Below, in pieces: positions 1-8,135 of a stretch of 64,000 nucleotides of DNA. The stretch is taken from the IMG/VR virus record IMGVR_UViG_3300005077_000018, positions 1,686 through 65,685 of that record; one strand, given 5' to 3'. How positions within the stretch are numbered: the stretch's first letter is position 1; each line of letters begins with the position of its first letter. This stretch comes from a virus. A program made the position numbers and the translations under genes. Under the pieces are notes generated by a model, which saw only the letters and a program-made list of their open reading frames with translations, did no database searches and had not been told where the DNA came from.

Positions 1-16
1 GCGGTTATTTCATACG

Positions 17-25
17 TGCTAAAAT
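17..25 (+). promoter_or_regulatory. Extended -10 promoter candidate for the small-ORF operon
   Basis: TGcTAAAAT about 55 nt upstream of the AAGGAGG RBS (66-72) and ATG 79. Confidence 0.4.
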
Positions 26-78
26 AGGGTAGGTAGGAATTTGCCTACCCTCAACCACCAGCCTAAAGGAGGCTCACA

Positions 79-225
79 ATGGAACTCATTATTGCCGTAG
101 TCAAGTTACCCCTAACCCTGGTTCAAGCCTGGGTTGAGGCCATGCGTCAGGATCCGTTCGTTACCCTGGCGCTTACGGTCATCGGTTTAGCCGTACTTCT
201 CGCAGTTGTTTCACGGGGGCGGTAA
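79..225 (+). CDS. 48-aa membrane peptide
   Basis: RBS AAGGAGG at 66-72; MELIIAVVKLPLTLVQAWVEAMRQDPFVTLALTVIGLAVLLAVVSRGR; hydrophobic C-terminal helix; below the ORF-track cut-off. Confidence 0.7.
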   Translation: MELIIAVVKLPLTLVQAWVEAMRQDPFVTLALTVIGLAVLLAVVSRGR

Positions 226-302
226 TGGACATCATCGTCATGATCGTGGTTATCGCATTTCTCGTCCTTTTCGGAATTTTGACTTTTGGGGGGTTGGCAT
301 GA
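225..302 (+). CDS. 25-aa hydrophobic peptide
   Basis: TAATG overlap with upstream stop; MDIIVMIVVIAFLVLFGILTFGGLA. Confidence 0.55.
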   Translation: MDIIVMIVVIAFLVLFGILTFGGLA

Positions 303-355
303 ACCTTCTTCTGGTCGCTATCCTGGTTCTGGTTCTGTTCTGGAGCTGGTCATGA
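299..355 (+). CDS. 18-aa hydrophobic peptide
   Basis: ATGA overlap at both ends; MNLLLVAILVLVLFWSWS. Confidence 0.45.
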   Translation: MNLLLVAILVLVLFWSWS

Positions 356-537
356 TCACTCTTGAGAAGTCACTCATCAGGCACGTACGAAATGTAGTCG
401 TGGTTCGCGAGCCTACCGCAGTCGTTTTTCCGTGGCGATTGTATGCTGAGTTCATGGGTGAACGTTTCCTCATGGCTTTCTCAGACAACGAGGATGAGAT
501 TCGGGGTCTTGAATCCCTGATCACTTCGGTAAATTAG
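352..537 (+). CDS. Hypothetical protein (61 aa)
   Basis: ATGA-coupled start; C-terminal part of track ORF 286..537. Confidence 0.55.
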   Translation: MITLEKSLIRHVRNVVVVREPTAVVFPWRLYAEFMGERFLMAFSDNEDEIRGLESLITSVN

Positions 538-549
538 TCGTGGTATTTC

Positions 550-587
550 GGAAAGACCGTCGTGCCGTGAGGTTCGGCGGTCTTTTC
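550..587 (+). terminator. Stem-loop with GNRA (GTGA) tetraloop after the small-ORF operon
   Basis: AAAGACCGTCG (552-562) pairs with CGGCGGTCTTT (575-585), plus inner GCC/GGT stem and GTGA loop; weak U tract. Confidence 0.55.
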
Positions 588-594
588 AGTTGTT

Positions 595-702
595 GTGGTA
601 AGATCCTCAAGAGGACGCCTACTCTGAGACTGAAAGACGCTCAGGCTTCAGTCAGCATGGTATCGGGTTCAGACGCTCGTGGTAAGACCTTCAAGAGGAC
701 GC
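595..702. repeat. 24-nt direct repeat, two copies 84 nt apart, among five GACGC motifs
   Basis: GTGGTAAGATCCTCAAGAGGACGC (595-618) vs GTGGTAAGACCTTCAAGAGGACGC (679-702), 22/24 identical. Confidence 0.85.
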
Positions 703-824
703 TCAGTCTCAGACGCAAGGGTCTTCAGGCCCGCTTGCCCGCTTGCCCGCGCTGTCTCAGTCGCGCATGGGCAAAAAAATGGGCAACGGGTTGCCCCGTT
801 GCCCCGTTGTCCCGTTGCCCTTGC

Positions 825-1058
825 CTATCGCACTTCCCCTATATAGGCCCCGGTTCTGGCGTAAAATACAACTGTAGCTTGCCAATCTTGCATGGCATCG
901 TAGTATTGTTTGTTATCGTAGTACTCGTTTATGGCAACATCCGGGTCCACTTCTGCGGGTTGCCCCGGTTTTGCGGCGGCCATTTTTAGGTTTTGTATCG
1001 CGGCAATTGCCGCATCCAGCGCATCTTGCAAGTTGTCGTAAGCCTGTTTGTTTTCCAT
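825..1058 (-). CDS. Hypothetical protein (77 aa)
   Basis: AGGAG RBS upstream of ATG on - strand; normal protein composition. Confidence 0.75.
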   Translation of the reverse strand: MENKQAYDNLQDALDAAIAAIQNLKMAAAKPGQPAEVDPDVAINEYYDNKQYYDAMQDWQATVVFYARTGAYIGEVR

Positions 1059-1073
1059 GGTATTGTACTCCTG

Positions 1074-1102
1074 TTTGGTGGTTTGGTGGTTTGGTGGTTT
1101 GG
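1074..1102. repeat. Tandem 8-mer TTTGGTGG x3.6
   Basis: Copies at 1074, 1082, 1090, partial at 1098. Confidence 0.9.
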
Positions 1103-1141
1103 GCAGCCGGGTTGCCCCGGCTGCCCTATAGGTGGTATTGG

Positions 1142-1576
1142 TTATTTAGCGGCGGTCGCTTTTACAAGCGCCCTAAGCGCTTTCGCGGCGGTCGCGGCCA
1201 CATATTTGCGCTTGCCCCAAACTACCACTTCAAAACCTTTTGCGGGTTGTTTTGTGCCTGCATCCCCGCCGCAAAGGGCCACGGCAAAACCACGGCTTTT
1301 TCCAAGCTCTTGTGCCAAATCGCACAACTTGGTAAGGGGCATGTATTTCGGGTCGTCGGCGGGGTTTGCGCTTGCCAATTGGTAGTACTTGCCTACTTTG
1401 CCAAGGTGGGCTAAACAAGTACTCCCAGTATCGTGGTTTGCTGGCTTGCCGCAGTACTGGCAAACACCAGTTTTGCCCGCAAAGCGCGGTTCGCGGCCAA
1501 TAAGCGGGCTTGTTGGCGGGGTTGGTGGGGTTGGTGGGTTGGTGGGGTTGGTGGGGTTGGTTGGTTGGTCGGCCAT
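1142..1576 (-). CDS. Hypothetical protein with PTN/PPT-repeat N-terminus and CxxC...H...C...H motif; paralog of 59021..59536
   Basis: AAGGAG RBS; CQYC and HDTGSTCLAH; shared GGD...F.VV..G.RKY motif. Confidence 0.8.
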   Translation of the reverse strand: MADQPTNPTNPTNPPTPPTPPTSPLIGREPRFAGKTGVCQYCGKPANHDTGSTCLAHLGKVGKYYQLASANPADDPKYMPLTKLCDLAQELGKSRGFAVALCGGDAGTKQPAKGFEVVVWGKRKYVAATAAKALRALVKATAAK

Positions 1577-1638
1577 CGTGTGCTCCTTTTTGGGTTGGTT
1601 GGCGCTTGCCCTATTGCACGCGCGCTTGCCCTAAAAAT

Positions 1639-1649
1639 ATTTTACCACA
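1639..1649 (-). promoter_or_regulatory. Extended -10 promoter driving the island genes
   Basis: Reverse complement TGTGGTAAAAT about 60 nt upstream of ATG 1576. Confidence 0.55.
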
Positions 1650-1790
1650 AACTACGTTTTGTGCTCGTCCACTTTTGCCCTTTTGCCCAAAAAGGGTAAA
1701 ATTTATCGTTTTAAGGGTATGACTGGTTCCAAAAATATCGGACCCGAAACTCGACTCTGAATTTGCCAGCACTATCCTTCAGAACTTCTT

Positions 1791-1801
1791 TGTGCTATAA
1801 T
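1791..1801 (+). promoter_or_regulatory. Extended -10 promoter, probably leaderless, for the packaging operon
   Basis: TGTGCTATAAT; ATG 1808 lies 7 nt after the TATAAT. Confidence 0.6.
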
Positions 1802-1807
1802 AAAGGT

Positions 1808-2170
1808 ATGGACAACCCGATACCCACTATCCTCGACCCGAACGACCGAAGCATCTCTGACGTCACCCGCAGAATGTTGGCCGACGCCTTCCGCGATCAG
1901 GGGCTTCAGGAAGTGGTCTACTTTCCTGACGGCGGAAGAAAGATGTCTTACGCCTCGGCTCTCTCCAAAATGATCTGGCAGGCTCTAGTTGAGGGAGAGA
2001 TGTATTTCGCTGATGGAACTGTCGTCAAAGTGTCGGGTGAGATGAAACAGTGGATAGAGATTTTGAAATTTGTAAGTACTCACATCGACGGAGCTGCTGG
2101 AACTAACAATTCCGTCGGTCAGGTCAACATATTCAAGGTCTACAAGGGAATTGATACAGACAGGGTATAA
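1808..2170 (+). CDS. terS: Putative terminase small subunit
   Basis: Size and position two genes upstream of terL; ATG start in frame with track ORF 1763. Confidence 0.5.
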   Translation: MDNPIPTILDPNDRSISDVTRRMLADAFRDQGLQEVVYFPDGGRKMSYASALSKMIWQALVEGEMYFADGTVVKVSGEMKQWIEILKFVSTHIDGAAGTNNSVGQVNIFKVYKGIDTDRV

Positions 2171-2463
2171 TGAGAAATGATCTACACCCTACCGATCGCT
2201 CTCTTCCCGAACATGACACCCTCAACCCTCGAGGAGGAGAATTCGACGAAGAGTTCGCCGTCGCCAGTGAACTTCGGGTCATCGACCTCGGAGATTCCCT
2301 CACGATCGGAAGAGTTTTCCTGGACCCGTATGGGGATCCCTATTCCTATGAGACCGACACCCTCTACGCAGACAATCTTTCCGGTCTTCGGGAGATGGTC
2401 AGAGAGATTACTCTCGCTTTGAGCAGACCTGCTGTGAATTCTCGAGACATGATCCAATGCTGA
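2170..2463 (+). CDS. Hypothetical protein
   Basis: TAATG-coupled ORF between terS and terL. Confidence 0.6.
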   Translation: MRNDLHPTDRSLPEHDTLNPRGGEFDEEFAVASELRVIDLGDSLTIGRVFLDPYGDPYSYETDTLYADNLSGLREMVREITLALSRPAVNSRDMIQC

Positions 2464-3773
2464 GAGCTTTTGCTGATCCAACTCTAGATCCCAGAAATGC
2501 TCCGTATCAGCCCTTCGGGGTTGCGGAAGATTTGCTGTATGACCAGAGCGATCAGATCATTCTGTGCGGTCCATCGGGAACGGGCAAGTCCAGAGCTTGT
2601 TTGGAGAAGCTTCATCTGATCTGCTCCAAATACGCCGGAACCAGAGCTTTGATGGTTAGAAAGACTAGAGCTTCTCTAACTCAGTCAGCTATGGTGACTT
2701 TTGAGAAGATGGTCGTTCCTCAAAATGACTCGGTTTCTTTTAGAACGGGAGAGCAAGAGTACAGATATGTGAACGGTAGCGTCATAGCTGTAGGCGGAAT
2801 GGATAAGGCAATCAAGATCATGTCTACGGAATACGACATAATCTATGTCCAGGAGGCTACCGAGCTAAGTGAAGAGGACTGGGAAACTCTAACAACCAGA
2901 GCCAGATTCGGAAGAGTTCCATACAATCAGGTTATCGGGGACTGCAATCCGTCATTTCCTTTCCATTGGATCAAGCGGAAATCTGACAGAGGAGAGCTCA
3001 AACTCTACAATAGCAGACATGAGGACAATCCTGTTCTATTCAATCAAATTTTGAGGGACTGGACTCCCAAGGGAAGAGCCTATCTAGCTAAATTGGAGAA
3101 GCTGTCGGGTGTACGGTTCAAGAGATTGAGATTGGGAATCTGGGCCGCCGCTGAGGGAATGATCTATACGGAGTACGATTCTAACGTTCATCTACTGGAC
3201 AGATTTCCCATTCCCGCCGAGTGGGATAGATATTGGGTCGTTGACTTCGGTTTCACAAATCCCTTCGTATGGCAAGCCTGGGCGATTGATCCTGAGGGAA
3301 GAGCCTACCGTTTCGCTGAGATCTACCGTACTCAGCTCCTTGTGGAAGATGCCGCCGCTATGATTTCTGCTTGGAGAAGAGAGAACTCTGAGCTTCCTCC
3401 AGCGGCTCTAATTTGCGATCACGACGCAGAGGACAGAGCTACTCTTGAGCGACATCTCAATCTGACTACGGAGCCAGCTATAAAGAATGTCAGCGGCGGT
3501 ATTCAGACGGTCAAGGAGAGACTGAGGATCAGAGAAGACGGGAAAGCCAGAATGTATTTTCTGAGAGACTCAGTTTGGGATGTCGATGAGGAATTGGTTG
3601 ATGCTATGAAACCCTACTCTACTGAGCAGGAATTTGATGCGTATGAGTGGGCTGATTCCAGGAAGCGTGACGAACCCAAGAAAGTTGATGATCATGGCAT
3701 GGACTGTACCAGATATCTTTCGGTTCATCTTGATAACTTCGTAGACGCATGGTCTATGGGAATGAGTTCATAG
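2457..3773 (+). CDS. terL: Terminase large subunit (PBSX-like)
   Basis: Walker A GPSGTGKS, Walker B-like YVQEATE, DCNP, nuclease VDFGFTNP and DDHGMDCTRY. Confidence 0.95.
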   Translation: MLRAFADPTLDPRNAPYQPFGVAEDLLYDQSDQIILCGPSGTGKSRACLEKLHLICSKYAGTRALMVRKTRASLTQSAMVTFEKMVVPQNDSVSFRTGEQEYRYVNGSVIAVGGMDKAIKIMSTEYDIIYVQEATELSEEDWETLTTRARFGRVPYNQVIGDCNPSFPFHWIKRKSDRGELKLYNSRHEDNPVLFNQILRDWTPKGRAYLAKLEKLSGVRFKRLRLGIWAAAEGMIYTEYDSNVHLLDRFPIPAEWDRYWVVDFGFTNPFVWQAWAIDPEGRAYRFAEIYRTQLLVEDAAAMISAWRRENSELPPAALICDHDAEDRATLERHLNLTTEPAIKNVSGGIQTVKERLRIREDGKARMYFLRDSVWDVDEELVDAMKPYSTEQEFDAYEWADSRKRDEPKKVDDHGMDCTRYLSVHLDNFVDAWSMGMSS

Positions 3774-3792
3774 ACTTAGCAAGGAGATTGAC

Positions 3793-5763
3793 ATGGTTCG
3801 TTCAGACCAGGATAAATTCAAAACACAGGAACCGGAAGATTTCTTCGCTAATATGGTGAAGATTTATACCGATATAGACGAGGAGAAAGAACCTCCGTAC
3901 TCTAAGGATAGTCGTGCTCGGGATAAGTGGCTCATAGAATTTGCGAGGAGAGAGCCGCATTTGAGCGGAATACTGTCAAGTGTTACTGCCATTGATAAGA
4001 ACAGAGGGTGGTCTCTAATCGGATCGATGCGTCAGGTTAACAAGTACGCACGAATTCTTCACAATTTCAGAGTGTCTCCCGGTCTAAAGGGATGGCGTCC
4101 AGCTTTCGCTCAGCTGTCGGCATCATTCTGGGGCACGAATCTGGGCGCAGTTGTTGAAGTCGGTAGAGTGGGAGTTGATGGACCTGTTCAGGAATTCTAC
4201 ACAGCAGATCCGACTAAATTCGTCCTCGCAAAGGATCAAAAATTCCCTATTTACTATTATCCTTCCAATGGAAAGAGAATGAAGTGGAGAGATTCAGATT
4301 TCTTCAGGATTTGTTCTCTTCCTTCCATTCTCGAGGAGAACATGGGAATAGGATTCTGTGCCGTCGATCGTGCTGTTCAGCTTGCGAGACTGATGCTGGC
4401 TCTTTTTCGTCATGATGAGGAGATGCTTCTTTCTCGTGCTCCAAGAGGCCTTCTGCTTCTGTCCGGAATAAAGCGCGATCAATGGGAATCCGCTATGAAA
4501 GCAAGAGACGCGGAGCTGGATCAGGGTCAAATGAAGTATTTCGGAGCGATAGCCGTTCTTGCCTCAGCTTCCTCTACCGTTGAGGCGAAGCTCATGGCCC
4601 TTTCTCAGCTTCCGGCGGGTTTCGATCTGAAGATATGGATGGATATGATCATGTACGGATATTCTCTATGCTTCGGATATGACGCATCGGAATTCTGGCC
4701 GGTTCAATACGGTTCTTTGGGGAGAGGAAATGAAACACAGATTCAGCACGAGAAAGCAACCGGAAAGGGTCGTCTTGACTTCGTTCTCGGATTCCAGGAA
4801 CAGGTTACTGATTTTCTGCCTGAGTCTCTTGACTTTGTTGTTGAGCAGCGTGATGATCAGGGAGATCTTACTCGTGCGTCCGTTATTCAGGCGTGGGCGA
4901 ATGTTGCCAAATCTCTGTACACATCTCAATTGAACGGAATTCCTCTGGTAACGAATGAGGAGGCTAGAGTACTTCTGGCCGAGTACGGAGTTATTCCAGC
5001 TACGTGGAGTCCTACCGCCGATGCTTCTGCTACCGATATCGATGATGCTGACGACGAGGAAGTGGTCGATCAACCCGAAGACGAGGAGTCTGCAGGAGGA
5101 TCGTCAGAAGGGAACATGAAGCCAAAGTCAACCAGTCCTGACTCGGCTTCTCCCACCGCTGAGATGCTTCGGTCAGCTTACAAAACTCGAAGAATTCAAG
5201 ATTTAAGAGAGGTTGTTCTTCAGAAAGCTTCTGTGTTTGAAGCCGCGAGAAGATTTCCTAAAGAACCTATTGTTCAGTTTACTTACCCCGGGAATAATAT
5301 CCTGGAGCTGTGGAAATCAGGAGAGGATTTGATGAAACCTAGAGTTTGGGCTTCCATAGGAGATGTTGTTAGAAGAGCAATTCAGGAGAGTCTTCCTCCG
5401 GCAGTTGTCGGATCTGGTCTTGTTCAATCCAATCAGCCGACTCAACCTCAGATTGTGGTTGTAGATACTGAGGGAAGAATAGTTCAGCAAGCACGTCAAG
5501 AACCTTCCATAGTTGTGAACGTGCCCGAGCAGAATTTCCAGGTTGACTTGGAGAGGCTCGGTGAAGTCATAGCCAAACAACTGAAACAGGCTTCTGATCC
5601 TACGATAACTCTTACTCCGATCATTCAACTTCCAGAAATTCCTGTGATCGTAGAGAATAACGTAACTATCCAGGAGCCAGTTACCGAGGCGGTCGTAGAG
5701 GTCAACAGAGGATTCGACGGGAAGATTAAATCGGTAAAGAAAACTGAAAAGGTCATACGATGA
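3793..5763 (+). CDS. Portal protein with acidic linker and C-terminal extension
   Basis: Directly after terL, 656 aa, helical portal-like composition. Confidence 0.8.
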   Translation: MVRSDQDKFKTQEPEDFFANMVKIYTDIDEEKEPPYSKDSRARDKWLIEFARREPHLSGILSSVTAIDKNRGWSLIGSMRQVNKYARILHNFRVSPGLKGWRPAFAQLSASFWGTNLGAVVEVGRVGVDGPVQEFYTADPTKFVLAKDQKFPIYYYPSNGKRMKWRDSDFFRICSLPSILEENMGIGFCAVDRAVQLARLMLALFRHDEEMLLSRAPRGLLLLSGIKRDQWESAMKARDAELDQGQMKYFGAIAVLASASSTVEAKLMALSQLPAGFDLKIWMDMIMYGYSLCFGYDASEFWPVQYGSLGRGNETQIQHEKATGKGRLDFVLGFQEQVTDFLPESLDFVVEQRDDQGDLTRASVIQAWANVAKSLYTSQLNGIPLVTNEEARVLLAEYGVIPATWSPTADASATDIDDADDEEVVDQPEDEESAGGSSEGNMKPKSTSPDSASPTAEMLRSAYKTRRIQDLREVVLQKASVFEAARRFPKEPIVQFTYPGNNILELWKSGEDLMKPRVWASIGDVVRRAIQESLPPAVVGSGLVQSNQPTQPQIVVVDTEGRIVQQARQEPSIVVNVPEQNFQVDLERLGEVIAKQLKQASDPTITLTPIIQLPEIPVIVENNVTIQEPVTEAVVEVNRGFDGKIKSVKKTEKVIR

Positions 5764-6653
5764 GCGGTTTGTCCGTAGTCATTCCCTCCAGGAACGAGCT
5801 ATTTCTGGAAAATACAGTCAGGGATATTTTGACCAACTCAAGAGGAGAACTTGAGATCATCGTAGTTCTTGACGGATATTGGCCCAATCCTCCTCTACCG
5901 GACGATCGAAGAATCAGCATCATTCACAGAGGAAAAGCTAGAGGAATGCGTGACGGGATCAATTCAGCGATTAGTATAGCTCGCAACAAATTCGTCATGA
6001 AATGCGATGCTCATTGTCTATTCGCCGAGGGATTTGATGAAATTTTGAAGGCTGACTGCGACGATGACTGGGTTGTTATTCCAAGAAGATACTCTCTAAA
6101 TCCAGACACGTGGGGTCTAAATAAAAAGACTCCGGTAGACTATCATTTTCTGAGTTATCCGTGGTGGAAGCCTGAGATGCTCGGTCTTCATGGAACGGTA
6201 TGGACAGAACGGGCCAAGGAGAGGCTTCACATTACTCTGGACGAGGAAATGAGTTTTCAGGGATCCTGCTGGTTCACTACCAAGGATCATTTTATCAACA
6301 GAATAAGATTTCTTGAAGAGGAAGGATACGAAACTTTCATCGGAGAACCTCAGGAGGTTGGAAATAAAACTTGGTTGGGAGGGGGCAAGGTAATGGTCAA
6401 TAAGAAGACCTACTACGCTCATCTCCACAAGGGAAAGAGGTTCGGACGAGGATACTTCATGAGCAAAGACGAGACCTACCGAGGAAATCAGTTCAGTTGG
6501 AATTTCTGGTTCTACGACCAATGGTCTGACAGAATTCACGATTTATCCTGGCTAGTAGACAGATTTTGGCCCGTTCCATCCTGGCCTGAAAACTGGAAAG
6601 ACATTCATGAAAACGATATTAGACTTCGTAGAAAACCTGGAAAGTCCTCGTAG
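5760..6653 (+). CDS. Family 2 glycosyltransferase
   Basis: LSVVIPSRNE, EIIVVLDG, GMRDGINSA, KCDAH. Confidence 0.9.
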   Translation: MSGLSVVIPSRNELFLENTVRDILTNSRGELEIIVVLDGYWPNPPLPDDRRISIIHRGKARGMRDGINSAISIARNKFVMKCDAHCLFAEGFDEILKADCDDDWVVIPRRYSLNPDTWGLNKKTPVDYHFLSYPWWKPEMLGLHGTVWTERAKERLHITLDEEMSFQGSCWFTTKDHFINRIRFLEEEGYETFIGEPQEVGNKTWLGGGKVMVNKKTYYAHLHKGKRFGRGYFMSKDETYRGNQFSWNFWFYDQWSDRIHDLSWLVDRFWPVPSWPENWKDIHENDIRLRRKPGKSS

Positions 6654-7236
6654 ATCTCCCGTTGAAATCACCGGAGTTGGGAGAGATGATCTTGCGGTCT
6701 TCTTCCGGGAAGCTGGATTTCGCGTAGGAGTTGAGCTGGGAGTTGAGCAGGGATTGTTCACTGAGGTTTTAGCGAAATCTAATCCTGAGGCTAAGATTTA
6801 TGCGATAGATGCTTGGGAGGCATATCGTGGATACCGAGATCATGTGTCTCAGAGCAAACTGTCGGATTTCTATCTCGAGGCGAATAGACGGGTTAGAGAT
6901 TTGAACGTAGAATTGGTTGTAGCTTTCAGCATGGATGCTCTAGAGCAGTTTGATGACGAATCTCTTGACTTTGTCTATATAGACGCAAATCACGAACTAC
7001 CGTATGTGATCAGAGACATAATCGAATGGAGTAAGAAAGTTAGGAAGGGTGGAGTAGTCTCTGGCCATGATTATTACGAGTCAAAACGTATTTCCACCAA
7101 GAATCATGTAAAATATGCGGTAGATTGCTACACTAGATCCTATAGAATAAATCCCTGGTTCATTCTAGGTTCCAAAGCTAAGAATGACGGGGAAATCAGA
7201 GACAAATCAAGGTCTTGGATGTGGGTAAAACGGTAG
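6607..7236 (+). CDS. Class I SAM-dependent (O-)methyltransferase
   Basis: GVELGVEQG, DESLDFVYIDANH, GGVVSGHDY. Confidence 0.9.
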   Translation: MKTILDFVENLESPRRSPVEITGVGRDDLAVFFREAGFRVGVELGVEQGLFTEVLAKSNPEAKIYAIDAWEAYRGYRDHVSQSKLSDFYLEANRRVRDLNVELVVAFSMDALEQFDDESLDFVYIDANHELPYVIRDIIEWSKKVRKGGVVSGHDYYESKRISTKNHVKYAVDCYTRSYRINPWFILGSKAKNDGEIRDKSRSWMWVKR

Positions 7237-8135
7237 ATTTATCAGTAATCATTCCTGCTAGAAATGAGGAATTTCTGGGAGAAACCGTCAAAGGAGTCCT
7301 GGATAACTCAAGAGCTAACACAGAGATTGTGGTGGTTCTCGATGGAGAGTGGCCTGTGAATTCGTTGAGAATTGATCCGAGATTGTCCATTCTCTACCGT
7401 CCTGAAAGTATAGGTCAAAGAGCAGCTATGAATGAGGCGTTCAGGTTATCCAGGGGTCGATGGATCATGAAACTTGACGCTCATTGCGCTGTTGATGAGG
7501 GTTTTGATCGGAAGCTTTTGTCCGTTATCAAGCCCGATTGGACGATGGCTCCCTGCATGAAGAATCTCCATGTTTTTGATTGGGTTTGCTCTTGTGGGCA
7601 TAGAATCTACCAAGGACCTATACCTAAGAAATGTCCTTCTTGCTCTGGATCTTCTTTCAGTAGAGAAATAGTCTGGATTCCCAAATCCAGTCCTAACAGT
7701 TGTTCCTTCAGATTCGATCGAGATCTTCGCTTTCAATACTGGAGAGAGTTTGGAAAGAGGCCTGAAGGAAAGGGTCCTATAGCTCCGTCTTTGAGTCTTC
7801 AGGGATCTTGTTTCATGTTGTCTAGGGAAAAGTACGAGGAGTTGAATATAGCTGACGAGGAACATGGTTCTTGGGGTCAGCAGGGAACAGAGGTAGCTTG
7901 TAAGACGTGGCTTTCCGGGGGTCAGGTTATGATCATGAAGACTACCTGGTATGCTCATCTATTCAGAACTCAAGCTGGATTTACTTTTCCCTATAAACTT
8001 GAATCTGGACAGGTTGATCATGCTAGAAAATACTCTAGAGAGCTTTTTCTCGAGGGAAAATGGGATAAGGCTATTTACGATCTGAATTGGTTGCTTGAAA
8101 AATTCAAACCAGTTCCAGGATGGCATGATGGCTGA
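7215..8135 (+). CDS. Family 2 glycosyltransferase, paralog of 5760..6653, with Cys-rich insert
   Basis: LSVIIPARNE, VVVLDG, KLDAHC, QGSCF, KTWLSGG shared with the first GT; CxC...CPSC insert. Confidence 0.9.
   Translation: MDVGKTVDLSVIIPARNEEFLGETVKGVLDNSRANTEIVVVLDGEWPVNSLRIDPRLSILYRPESIGQRAAMNEAFRLSRGRWIMKLDAHCAVDEGFDRKLLSVIKPDWTMAPCMKNLHVFDWVCSCGHRIYQGPIPKKCPSCSGSSFSREIVWIPKSSPNSCSFRFDRDLRFQYWREFGKRPEGKGPIAPSLSLQGSCFMLSREKYEELNIADEEHGSWGQQGTEVACKTWLSGGQVMIMKTTWYAHLFRTQAGFTFPYKLESGQVDHARKYSRELFLEGKWDKAIYDLNWLLEKFKPVPGWHDG

Larger units (their letters stand above)
714..1720 (+). other. GA-dinucleotide-free island on the + strand (TC-free on the - strand)
   Basis: Line-by-line check finds no GA between GA at 712-713 and GA at 1721-1722; + strand shadow ORFs here contain no Asp or Glu. 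Confidence 0.95.

Noticed and set aside
595-702. CRISPR mini-array
   Set aside because: Only two imperfect 24-nt copies, no leader or cas genes; the Cas4-like gene sits in a standard exonuclease-ATPase-SSB recombination module
714-1720. 7-deazaguanine (dpd) modification as the cause of GA avoidance
   Set aside because: No dpdA, folE, queD or queC-like genes in the window; cannot be excluded if they lie outside it
540-1722. Long + strand ORFs over the island (540..989, 971..1414, 993..1385, 1389..1634, 1433..1699, 1510..1722)
   Set aside because: Shadow frames: a GA-free strand cannot contain TGA, Asp or Glu; no RBSs; the - strand ORFs have promoter, RBS and a paralog
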